DNA of 64,000 nt from NCBI GenBank assembly GCA_964291625.2, contig OZ220090.1, positions 352,001 through 416,000 of the forward strand, given 5' to 3'. The translations under genes were made by a program, and so were the position numbers. The notes below the pieces were generated by a model. That model was not told the DNA's origin. It searched no databases and saw only the letters and a list, made by a program, of their open reading frames with translations. This document shows positions 19,666 to 28,969 of this stretch, piece after piece (positions within the stretch are counted from its first letter, which is position 1; every line of letters begins with the position of its first letter). The stretch comes from Candidatus Latescibacterota bacterium (lineage in GTDB: Bacteria; Latescibacterota; UBA2968; UBA8231).

Positions 19666-20691
19666 ATGGCCGGCCACCCCATCGACCGGATCGAGCCGGG
19701 CCTGAAGATCGCCGCCCAGGTGACGCCCGAGCCGACCCGGGAGGACCTGGACTTCGTGCGCCGCATGGGCGTGGAGCACGTCGTCTGCTGGACCGACGCC
19801 GCCCACTCGAGCTACGACTACTACGCCAGCCGCCGCGACCTCTTCGGCGAGGCCGGGATCCAGGTCTACGGCTTCGGCAACGGCGACGTCCACAACCAGG
19901 ACGCCATCGTCCTCGGGCTGGCCGGCCGCGACGCCAAGATCGACCAGTACAAGCGGCACATCACCGACCTGGGCCGCGCCGGCATCCCCTACACGACCTA
20001 TGCCCACATGGGCAACGGCATCTGGAGCACGGAGCGCGAGACGACCCGCGGCGGCGCTTCGGCCCGCGGCTTCGACCTGGAGCGCGCCGAGGCCGGCCAC
20101 TGGGGCGGCCGCAGCTACCGGCTGCCCCTGACCCACGGCCGCGCGTTCTCCGAGAAGGAGATGTGGTCCCACTTCGAGCACTGGGCGCAGGAGGTCCGGC
20201 CCGTGGCCGAGGGGGCGGGCGTGCTCATCGGCATCCACCCCGACGACCCGCCGGTGCCCGATCTCGGCGGCGTGCCGCGGTGCATCTTCTCGAGCTTCGA
20301 CGGCTACCAGAAGGCGATGGAGATCGCCGACAGCCCCAACATCGGCATCTGCTTCTGCGTCGGCTGCTGGCTGGAGGGGGGCGACCTGATGGGGCGGGAC
20401 GTGCTCTCCGCCATCGAGCACTTCGGCGGGCGGCAGATCTTCAAGGTCCACTTCCGCAACGTCGACCGGCCCCTGCCGCACTTCGTGGAGACCTTCGTCG
20501 ACGACGGCTGTCAGGACATGTACCTGGTGATGAAGAGCCTGGAGCGCGTCGGCTTCCGCGGCGTCCTGATCCCCGACCACATCCCGGAGATGGCCGACGA
20601 CCCGCGGGTGGGGACGGCCTGGACGATCGCCTACATGAAGGCGCTGAAGGAGCGCGCCGAGTCGGAGGTCGCCCTGGAGAGGGCGAACTGA
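19666..20691 (+). CDS. uxuA: Mannonate dehydratase (UxuA family)
   Basis: TRGGA.AR.FD, IHPDDPPVP.LGGVPR, VHFRNV, FVETFVDDG, LIPDHIP. Confidence 0.75.
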   Translation: MAGHPIDRIEPGLKIAAQVTPEPTREDLDFVRRMGVEHVVCWTDAAHSSYDYYASRRDLFGEAGIQVYGFGNGDVHNQDAIVLGLAGRDAKIDQYKRHITDLGRAGIPYTTYAHMGNGIWSTERETTRGGASARGFDLERAEAGHWGGRSYRLPLTHGRAFSEKEMWSHFEHWAQEVRPVAEGAGVLIGIHPDDPPVPDLGGVPRCIFSSFDGYQKAMEIADSPNIGICFCVGCWLEGGDLMGRDVLSAIEHFGGRQIFKVHFRNVDRPLPHFVETFVDDGCQDMYLVMKSLERVGFRGVLIPDHIPEMADDPRVGTAWTIAYMKALKERAESEVALERAN

Positions 20692-21512
20692 TGGGCTCCG
20701 TCGACTCCCTCCAGGACCAGGTCCTCGATAAGGGATTCTGCATCATCGAGGACGTCATCCCCGCCGGCCGCGTCGGCCCGGTGCGCGACGACGTGCTGCG
20801 GGCGGCGGCCTCCCACAACCGGGCGGACGCGCCGGCCAACCGCGGCGCCGTCTCGGGGCTGATCAACCATACCCAGGAGTTCGCCCCCTACCTGGCCGAC
20901 CCGCGGCTGAAGGGCCTGACCGAGGCCCTGCTGGGCCGGCCTGTGCGCGTCTCCTTCACCTCCACCATCATCAGCTATCCCCAGGCCGAGCGCCTGCAGT
21001 GGCACGCCGACTGGCCCTTCAACCAGAACAACGCCGGCCACATCCCGGCGCCCTACCTCGACGCCGTCGTCCACCTCACCTCGATCTGGATGCTCAGCGA
21101 CTTCACCGTCGCCAACGGCGCCACCCTCATCGTGCCGGGCAGCCACCGCGAGGCGAACAACCCCACCGGCGGCAACGGCGTGCCCATGTTCGAGCCTCAC
21201 GCGGACGAGATTCACGTCGAGGGCAAGGCGGGGACGGTGATGGTCATGGACAGCCGCATGTGGCACGCCACTCCGGCCAACGACAGCGACGAGATCCGCG
21301 TTGGACTGGCGATCCGCTGGGCCCCGTGGTGGCTGAACCTCGACGTGCTGATGCCGGCCTCCGACGACCGCGCCCGCCAGCTGGAGGAGACGGGGGGCAA
21401 GGAGAACCAAGTGCCCCTGGTGGAGCCGGAGGTCTTCGCGGCCCTGCCCGCGGACGTGCAGCCCCTCTTCCGGCACTGGCTCCGCGGCGGCGGCAACTGG
21501 CCCGGGGCCTGA
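20691..21512 (+). CDS. Phytanoyl-CoA dioxygenase (PhyH) family protein
   Basis: WHADWP, NGAT.IVPGSH, DSRMWHA; overlaps the uxuA stop. Confidence 0.88.
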   Translation: MGSVDSLQDQVLDKGFCIIEDVIPAGRVGPVRDDVLRAAASHNRADAPANRGAVSGLINHTQEFAPYLADPRLKGLTEALLGRPVRVSFTSTIISYPQAERLQWHADWPFNQNNAGHIPAPYLDAVVHLTSIWMLSDFTVANGATLIVPGSHREANNPTGGNGVPMFEPHADEIHVEGKAGTVMVMDSRMWHATPANDSDEIRVGLAIRWAPWWLNLDVLMPASDDRARQLEETGGKENQVPLVEPEVFAALPADVQPLFRHWLRGGGNWPGA

Positions 21513-21680
21513 GCCCGGCCGAAGCCGCCTTCCCTGCCGGTCATCCGCTCACCCCCTTCTCAGCGGGTGGCGGCCTTGCGGGCCGGTCCCGACCGGCCCT
21601 GCGCGCAGGGGCATCGACGATTCCGAAGGCAGTACGCCAGTCCCTTCCTGACAGTCCGGACCGCCTCGCGGGCCGTCCGC

Positions 21681-22133
21681 TCACTCCGCTGCTGACTCGT
21701 CCCGCCTGGCCTGGGCGGCGGCGAGGTGCTCCTCGATCTTTCCGACGATCTCGGCGGCGGTGTTCTTCTTCGTCACCGTCTCCAGCAGGCTCCTGTCCCC
21801 GGGGTCGATGAGCAGGACCAGGCCGGTCTTGTTGTTGGCCTTGAGGTGATCCTCCACCCCCAGGGCCGCGGCCAGGAGGCGGGCCTGGGCCGTCCGGGTC
21901 GAGTCGGTGACGTCCAGCTGCACGAAGAGGACGGGCTCGTCGGCAACCGCGGCCCGGACTTCCTCGAGGATGGGCACCAGGGTCTGGCAGGAGCCGCACC
22001 AGTCGGCGTGGACCTTGGCCACGTACAGCTCCGGGCCGCCTTCGCCTTCCACGGGTACCGCGGCGGCGAGGGTGGGGGCGGGGGCCACCAGGAAGGCCAG
22101 GGCGGCGAGGGCGGAGGCGCATCGGGTCAACAT
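21681..22133 (-). CDS. Exported thioredoxin-like protein
   Basis: Signal peptide; HADWCGSC CxxC motif. Confidence 0.8.
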   Translation of the reverse strand: MLTRCASALAALAFLVAPAPTLAAAVPVEGEGGPELYVAKVHADWCGSCQTLVPILEEVRAAVADEPVLFVQLDVTDSTRTAQARLLAAALGVEDHLKANNKTGLVLLIDPGDRSLLETVTKKNTAAEIVGKIEEHLAAAQARRDESAAE

Positions 22134-22231
22134 GCAGATGTCCCTTCCATTGAGGGTTGGTGGTGGGAGTCGGGTGGATCGCAGATCCGTTGAAGGACGT
22201 CCTGCCTCGCCGGGGAGTTCCTCGCCCGTGC

Positions 22232-23230
22232 CTATCGCTTGACGACGGGGGCCATGGCCGCGATGTGCTCCGGCCCCGAGGCGCAGCAGCCGCCGATGAT
22301 CTGCGCCCCCATCTCCTTCCATTGGCCGGCGAACTCGGCCATGCGCGAGGGGTAGTACTCGGCGTTCTGCAGGATGTCCGCGCCGGCGCTCGGCTTCTGG
22401 TTTGTCAGCATCAGCCGGTTGGCGAGAGGCCCGGTGGGGTTGTACCCGAGGTTGGGGTAGGCCCCCACGGGGCCGGCGAAGGCCTCCCGCAGGATCGGCA
22501 GGCCGGCGGAGACGCTCTCGGGGTTGCTGCACATGAGCAGGACGGCGTCGACGGGACGGCCCTCGAGGGTGGCGGCCAGATCGCGCAGGCTCTCGTCGTA
22601 CTGCATGGCCCCGTTCTCCTGGATGTGACGGACCCCGAGGAAGACGGGCAGGCCGGCCTCGGCGCAGGCGTCGACCGCGGCCTCGCAGTCCTCGATGAAG
22701 CCCACGTACTCCGCCAGGATCAGGTCCGCCCCCTCGTCGGCCAGGAGCCTGGCGTGGTCGGCCCACTCGCGGCGGTACGCCTCGAGGCCCATGACGCGGA
22801 TGTCCGAGACGGGGACGTCCGCCGGCATCGGCCACTGGAGGCAGGGCGCGGCGATCCCGCCGGCCACGCAGGCCGAGCTGCCCATGGAGTCGCGGGCCTC
22901 GACGGCGTTGCGGATGGCCGCCGTGGCGTAGGTCCTCCAGGTCCGGCTTTCCCCGATGGTGTCGAGGCGCGACGGCGTCGTCCAGAAGTTGTTGCTGGTG
23001 ATGATGTCGGCGCCCACCCGCAGGTAGTCGGAGTGCACCTGACGGACCAGGTCAGCACACTCCACGTTGGCCGTCGCCGACCACGCCTTGAGTCGGTCCT
23101 CGGCCTCCTTGAGCACGTCGGCGCCGCGGCGCTGCAGCTCCGAGCCGGTGCCGCCGTCGAGCAGCAGCATCTCGCGCCGGCCCAGTCTCTCGGTGATTCC
23201 CTGAGGAGCCATCGGGTCTGCCTCCGGCAT
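22232..23230 (-). CDS. Homocysteine S-methyltransferase family protein
   Basis: LLLDGGTGSEL, HSDYLRVGADII, GAYPN, IIGGCC zinc ligands. Confidence 0.85.
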   Translation of the reverse strand: MPEADPMAPQGITERLGRREMLLLDGGTGSELQRRGADVLKEAEDRLKAWSATANVECADLVRQVHSDYLRVGADIITSNNFWTTPSRLDTIGESRTWRTYATAAIRNAVEARDSMGSSACVAGGIAAPCLQWPMPADVPVSDIRVMGLEAYRREWADHARLLADEGADLILAEYVGFIEDCEAAVDACAEAGLPVFLGVRHIQENGAMQYDESLRDLAATLEGRPVDAVLLMCSNPESVSAGLPILREAFAGPVGAYPNLGYNPTGPLANRLMLTNQKPSAGADILQNAEYYPSRMAEFAGQWKEMGAQIIGGCCASGPEHIAAMAPVVKR

Positions 23231-24060
23231 CTACTCGAGGAACACAAGGCGCCGTGTCTGCCGCCCACCAGGGTAGCGCAGGGCGCCGAGATAGACCCCG
23301 GCCGCCAGCGCCCGGCCCCGTTCGTCCCGGGCATCCCAGTGGACGCGGTGCCAACCGGCGCTCTGGACCTGGTCGACCAGGGTGCGCACGACCTGGCCCA
23401 GGATGTTGTAGACATCGAGGCGCACCGGACCTGCCTCTGTCAGGCGGTAGGGGATCAGGGTGCCGGCGTTGAAAGGGTTGGGGAAGGAGGGGTCCAGGCC
23501 GCTGGCCGCGGGCACCGCCGGTACCGCGGCCGGTTTGGCCGCGGCGAGGGATTCGACGGTATCCAGGCGGACGCCGCCGTCGAGGATGAGTTGCAGGAAG
23601 TGGCGCCGGTGCGGGTTGATGGGGATGCTGTACCACCGGCCCGCGATCTGTCCGTCAGGAGTGCGGGCGCGGGCCTGGTACAAGCCGGTGACGCCCGGTG
23701 GAGCAAGGGAGCTCATGGCAAATGCCAGGCTCCCGTCCTCGTCGGTGCGGCCGCCCCAGACGTAGTCGGGCCGGCGGCCGGAGATGGCGCGAGAGAACTC
23801 GAGGGTGAGGCCGGGGTTCCTCTCCATCTGGAAATGGGCCTCTCCGGCGACCAGTTCAGGAAAGCGTCTCCGGCCAGCTCGTCGCGAAGCCCGAGGAGCA
23901 CCGCGCAGTCCGCCACCAGCAAGGGGTGGTCTTCCGGCTCGGGCACGACAATGCCGTTGGTGCACGGGTTCGGGAGCGGGTCTTCCTGGGCCACCATCCG
24001 TCCTGGCCATCCGGCCGCGCAAGCGATGAGAAGCGCCGCGGCAGGCCGGACGAAGCGAGC
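23231..24060 (-). pseudogene. Exported protein with an LRR N-cap joined out of frame to a C-terminal FlgD/T9SS-like sorting domain (internally deleted or frameshifted; start approximate)
   Basis: N-part CTNGIVVP...LVADCAVLL.LRDELAG...LNWS...ISRWRG (cap that usually precedes LRRs); frame switch near 23815; C-part LEFSRAISGR...SFPNPFN...LDVYNILGQVVRTLV...WDARDERG..LAAGVY. Confidence 0.6.
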
Positions 24061-24202
24061 CCGGGGACGGATGTGAGGCTCGCGGTCCGTCCCGGCCGGG
24101 AGAGTACTGCATTGCATGATCTGTTCCAGTATGGCCGCCAGGATGGTAGTCCGCTTAGATTCGGCCCATGTCAGCCTCGACCGTCAAGGGAGATCCTAGT
24201 CC

Positions 24203-26491
24203 ATGCGCGACTACGAAGCCAACGCCGTCCTGTCGACGAAGGAGTACCGCGTCGTCGGGCGCCGTCCGGTGCGCCACGACGGTGCCGACAAGGTGACGGG
24301 CAAGGCTCGCTACGGCGCCGACATGGTTCTGCCGCGAATGCTCTACGGCAGGATTCTGCGCTCGCCTCACGCCCACGCCCGCATCGAGTCCCTCGACACC
24401 AGCCGCGCCGAGGCCGCCCCCGGGGTGAAGGCCGTGGTCACGGCCCGGGATTTCCCGGAACCGGGTGGGCCGCCCGGCTGCTTCCAGCTGCTCAACCTGA
24501 TGGCCCGCGGCAAGGTGTTCTACAAGGGTCACGCCGTGGCCGCCGTCGCCGCCGCCAGTCCCCACGAGGCCGAGGAGGCCCTCGACCTGATCGACGTGCG
24601 CTACACGCCGCTCCCGGCGGTCTTCGACGCGCCGCAGGCCATGGCCGACGGCGCACCCCTGCTGCACGAGGACCTGCAGGAGGCGATCGATCCGGACAGC
24701 CTCGACCTGGAGACCTGGCCCCCGAACGTGGCCAATCACCTCGAGAGCGAGCTCGGCGACGTGGACGAGGGCTTCCGCCGGGCCGAGGTGATCGTGGAGA
24801 AGAGCACCACCACCAAGGCCGTGCACCAGGGATACATCGAGCCCCACGCGGGCACCGCCATGTGGCACGAGGACGGGCGGCTGACGATCTGGAGCAGCAG
24901 CCAGGGCCACTTCTCGGTGCGCGAGCAGACGGCCCGGGTCTGCGGCGTGCCGGTCTCCCGGGTGCGCGCCGTGCCGCTGGAGATCGGCGGCGGCTTCGGC
25001 GCCAAGCTGCGTGTCTACGTGGAACCGGTGGCGGCCCTGCTGGCGCGCAAGGCGTGGGTGCCGGTGAAGGTCGCCATGACCCGGTCCGAGGTCTTCGAGG
25101 CCACCGGCCCCGCCTCGGGCACGCAGATCCAGGTGCGCATCGGGGCCACCCGGGAGGGCCGCATCACCGCCGCCTCGGCCCGCCTGGTCTACGAGGCCGG
25201 CTGCTTCCCCGGCTCCTCCGTGGGCGCCGGCCTGCGCTGCATGTTCTCCCCCTACGACATCCCCCACGCCGCCATCGAGGGCTTCGACGTGGTCGTCAAT
25301 CGCCCGAAGACCGCCGCCTACCGGGCGCCGGGCACGCCGGCGGCGGCCTACGCCGTGGAGACCGCCCTCGACGAGCTGGCCGAGCGCCTGGGCATGGACC
25401 CCCTCGAGCTGCGCCTGAAGAACTGCGCCGCCGAGGGCACGCGCACCATCGCCGGCACGGCCCTGCCAAGGGTCGGGTTCGCCGAGGTTCTGGAGGCGGC
25501 GCGCGGCCACCACCACTACCGCACGCCTCTCGAGGGAGCGTGGAGGGGGCGGGGCGTGGCCAGCGGCTACTGGGGCAACGGCTCCGGGCCTTCGAGCGCC
25601 GTGGCGGTGGTCAACGCCGACGGCACCGTGCACCTGGCCGAGGGCTCGCCCGACATCGGCGGCACCCGCACCTCGGTGGCCCAGCAGTTCGCCGAGACCC
25701 TGGGCCTGGACGTGGAGGACGTGCGCCCCGAGGTGGCCGACACCGACTCGGTGGGCCAGACCTCCAACACCGGCGGCAGCGGCGTCACCTTCAAGACCGG
25801 CCACGCGGCGATCGCCGCGGCCGAGGACGTGAGGCGCCAGCTCGTCGAGCGCGCCGCCCGCATCTGGGAGTGCGATCCCGGGCAGGTGAGCTATGCCGAC
25901 GGGGTGCTGGCCCAAGAGGGCGATCCGGAGCTGCGCCTCACCCTGAGGGAGATCGCCGCCGGCGCCGCCGCCACCGGCGGCCCCATCGTCGGCCGGGCCG
26001 GGGTCAGCCCCTCCGGCGCCGGACCCGCCCTGGCGACCCACATCGTCGACGTCGAGGTCGACCCCGAGACCGGCAAGGTGGAGATCCTGCGCTACACCGC
26101 CGTGCAGGACGCGGGCAAGGCGATCCACCCCGGCTACGTGGAGGGCCAGATCCAGGGCGCCGTCGCCCAAGGGGTGGGCTGGGCCCTGAACGAGGAGTAC
26201 TTCACCAACGCCGAGGGCGTCATGGAGAACTCCACCTTCCTCGACTACCGCATGCCCACCAGCCTCGACCTGCCCATGGTCGACACGGTGATCGTCGAGG
26301 TCCACAACCCCGGCCACCCCTTCGGCGTCCGCGGCGTCGGCGAGGTGCCGATCGTGCCGCCCCTGGCGGCCGTGGCCAACGCCGTGTACGCCGCCACCGG
26401 CGCCCGCATCGACGACCTGCCCATGAACCCGCCGGCGGTGGCGGCGGCGATCGCCCGGGGCCGGGAGGAGCGGGTGGCGGCCGGGGGCTGA
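24203..26491 (+). CDS. Xanthine dehydrogenase family molybdopterin-binding (large) subunit
   Basis: DKVTGKARYGAD, RSPHAHARI, IGGGFGAK, AYRAPG, VEGQIQG, GVRGVGE. Confidence 0.9.
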   Translation: MRDYEANAVLSTKEYRVVGRRPVRHDGADKVTGKARYGADMVLPRMLYGRILRSPHAHARIESLDTSRAEAAPGVKAVVTARDFPEPGGPPGCFQLLNLMARGKVFYKGHAVAAVAAASPHEAEEALDLIDVRYTPLPAVFDAPQAMADGAPLLHEDLQEAIDPDSLDLETWPPNVANHLESELGDVDEGFRRAEVIVEKSTTTKAVHQGYIEPHAGTAMWHEDGRLTIWSSSQGHFSVREQTARVCGVPVSRVRAVPLEIGGGFGAKLRVYVEPVAALLARKAWVPVKVAMTRSEVFEATGPASGTQIQVRIGATREGRITAASARLVYEAGCFPGSSVGAGLRCMFSPYDIPHAAIEGFDVVVNRPKTAAYRAPGTPAAAYAVETALDELAERLGMDPLELRLKNCAAEGTRTIAGTALPRVGFAEVLEAARGHHHYRTPLEGAWRGRGVASGYWGNGSGPSSAVAVVNADGTVHLAEGSPDIGGTRTSVAQQFAETLGLDVEDVRPEVADTDSVGQTSNTGGSGVTFKTGHAAIAAAEDVRRQLVERAARIWECDPGQVSYADGVLAQEGDPELRLTLREIAAGAAATGGPIVGRAGVSPSGAGPALATHIVDVEVDPETGKVEILRYTAVQDAGKAIHPGYVEGQIQGAVAQGVGWALNEEYFTNAEGVMENSTFLDYRMPTSLDLPMVDTVIVEVHNPGHPFGVRGVGEVPIVPPLAAVANAVYAATGARIDDLPMNPPAVAAAIARGREERVAAGG

Positions 26492-26494
26492 GCC

Positions 26495-28893
26495 GTGAGG
26501 GCCTACCCGCAGCCGGCGGCGGTCTTCGGGGAGGCGCGGTGGATCACCGTGCCGGGGCCGCACCCGCAGAATTGCACCTTCCTCGCCCGCCGCGGCTTCG
26601 AGGTCTCCCGGGTCTCGCGGCCGGCCACCCTGCTCATCGCCGCGGAGGCGCGCTACGCGGTCTGGTTCAACGGCCGCTACCTCGGCTCGGGGCCCGCTCG
26701 GGGCACCCACTACCGCTACTTCTACGACAGCTACGACGTGGGCGGCCTGCTGGCGGCCGGCCGCAACACCCTCGCCGTGCGCGTCCACTGCCCGCTGGGC
26801 GGCACCACCGGCACGGTGCCGCCGCCCCTGCCGGCGCTGATCGCGCGCCTCGATCCCCTGGTCGCCAGCGACGCCTCCTGGCAGGTCTGCGCCGACCCCG
26901 CCCATCGCGCCGACGCGCTCCTCTACAACCTCCACATCGGCTACTCCGAGTACCGCGACCTGCGCCGCGATCCCGAGGGCTGGGAGGTCGGCGAGGACCG
27001 GTTCGCCGGCTGGCGGGAGGCATGCGAGGTGGGCGCCGCCGGGGAAGCTCTCGAAGGCCGGCTGCTCTCCCCGAGAGACATTCCTCTCCTCACCGAACGC
27101 CACTACCGGCCTGCGCGCATCGTCGACACCGGCGCCGTGCCGCTCCACCGACCGGGGGTCGAGGACGATCTGGACTACGCCGGGCTCATGCAGGTGGAGA
27201 TGCATCTGGGCCTCTCGCACGAGCTCTTCGCCGACGTCGAGGCGCTCACCCGGGGAGGGGCGGCGACGATCCGGCCCTCCCCGCGGCTCACCACCCTGGC
27301 GGCGGCCGAGGGCGCCTACCTGATCGCCGACTTCGAGCGCGCCGTCTGCGGGCACCTGGTGCTCGACATCGAGGCCCCCGCCGGCACCATCGTCGACGTC
27401 GGCTACGACGAGGCCCTCGGCAACGGGCGCCTGGACCCGAAGCGGTTCAACCCCCTCGGGCCGATCTACCGGTTCGCCGACCGCTTCATCCTGCGGGCCG
27501 GGCGGCAGCGGGTGGCCAGCCGGCTCCACGACCGGGGCGCCCGCATCGTGCAGCTCACCCTGCGCCGGTTCTCCGAGCCGGTCCGCGTCCACGGACTGGA
27601 GCTGGTGGACCGTGTCTACCCGCTGCCCCTGCAGGCATCCTTCGAATGCGATCAGCCTTCCTCAACCGGCTCTGGGAGAAGTCGTGCGCCACCGTGGCCG
27701 CCTGCAGCACCGACCTCTTCATCGACTGCCCGTGGCGCGAGCAGACCTTCTGGCTCGACGACTACTACGAGGAGAACCTCTACTATCTCTGCCTGACCGC
27801 CGAGCGCACCTTCCTGGAGCGCAACCTGCGGGTGAGCGCCGAGGCGGCGTTTGCCGACGGCCAGATGCCCGGCCGCTACCCGTCGGCCCGCGACGCTCGG
27901 CTGCCGGTGACCACCGCCAACTGGATCATGGTCCTGGCCGACTACTACCGGTACACCGGCGACCTGGCCCTGGTGCGCGAGCTGCTGCCCGTGGCCGACG
28001 CGGCCCTGGGGTGGTTCGACTCGCTGCGCGACGCGGATCTGCTGGTGCCGGACCAGGCCGACCAGTGGAACTTCATCGACTGGGGGTACGACACGGCCGG
28101 CATCCAGCTCGGGGGCAAGACGGCGGTCCTCAACATGCTGGTGGCCGCGGTCTGCAGGGAGGCGGCGCGGCTCCACGAGGCGGCCGGCGACCCGGCCCGG
28201 GCCCGCCACCTGGAGGCGCGCTCCGCGGATACGGTCGCCGCCCTGCTGAAGGCCCTGTGGAGTTCCGGGGAAGGCCGCCTCCTCGACTGCACCGAGCCCG
28301 GGGACGGCCGGCGCACCTTCAGCCAGATCCCCCACGCTCTCGGCCTCTACTACGATCTGCTGGCGGGTGAGCACCGGCAGGGGGCGCTGGAGGCCCTCCT
28401 CGATCCGGAGGTCGTGCGCGCCGAGCTCGGCTACCAGTACTTCGTGCTCGCCTCCCTGGCGCGCGCCGGCCGCGGCGGGCGGGCCCTGGCCGTGCTGCGC
28501 GAGGTGTGGGGCGGGATGGCCGCCGCCGACACGCCGACCCTGTGGGAGGTCGTCGACGGCCGTTCCTCCATGAGCGGCTGCGGCAGCCTCTGCCACGCCT
28601 ACGCCTGCGCGCCCCTGCCGATCCTGCAGGGCACGGTCCTCGGGGTCAGCCCGCTGCGGCCGGGTTTCTCCGAGTTCCGCTTCGCTCCTCGGGGCCTGGG
28701 GATCCACTGGGCCGAAGGACGGGTGCCGACACCCTGCGGCGCCGTGGAGGTCTCCTGGTCGCAGCGGGAGGCGGACGGGCCCCTGGCGGCCACCATCGCG
28801 GTGCCGGAGGGGACGGCGGCGGTCTGCGCCGATGGACGGCGCCTGGAGCCGGGGTCCCACTCCCTGCAGATCGCCCCGGAACCGTCCGCCTGA
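26495..28893 (+). CDS. Alpha-L-rhamnosidase-like glycoside hydrolase (GH78); frameshift near 27655
   Basis: N-terminal G.GPAR domain, then in the next frame DCPWREQ.FW.DD, FIDWG, TLWE, SLCHAY, GRVPTP.G.V.VSW. Confidence 0.8.
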
Positions 28894-28969
28894 GCGGCGC
28901 CCGGACCGGGAGCGCCACGGCCCTGCGCGCCCGTCGGCCGGTCGGCCCGCCGGAGAGACGAGATCCCCC

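Noticed and set aside
24203-26491. Aerobic CO dehydrogenase coxL
   Set aside because: The active-site loop is AYRAPG, not AYXCSFR (form I) or AYXGAGR (form II).
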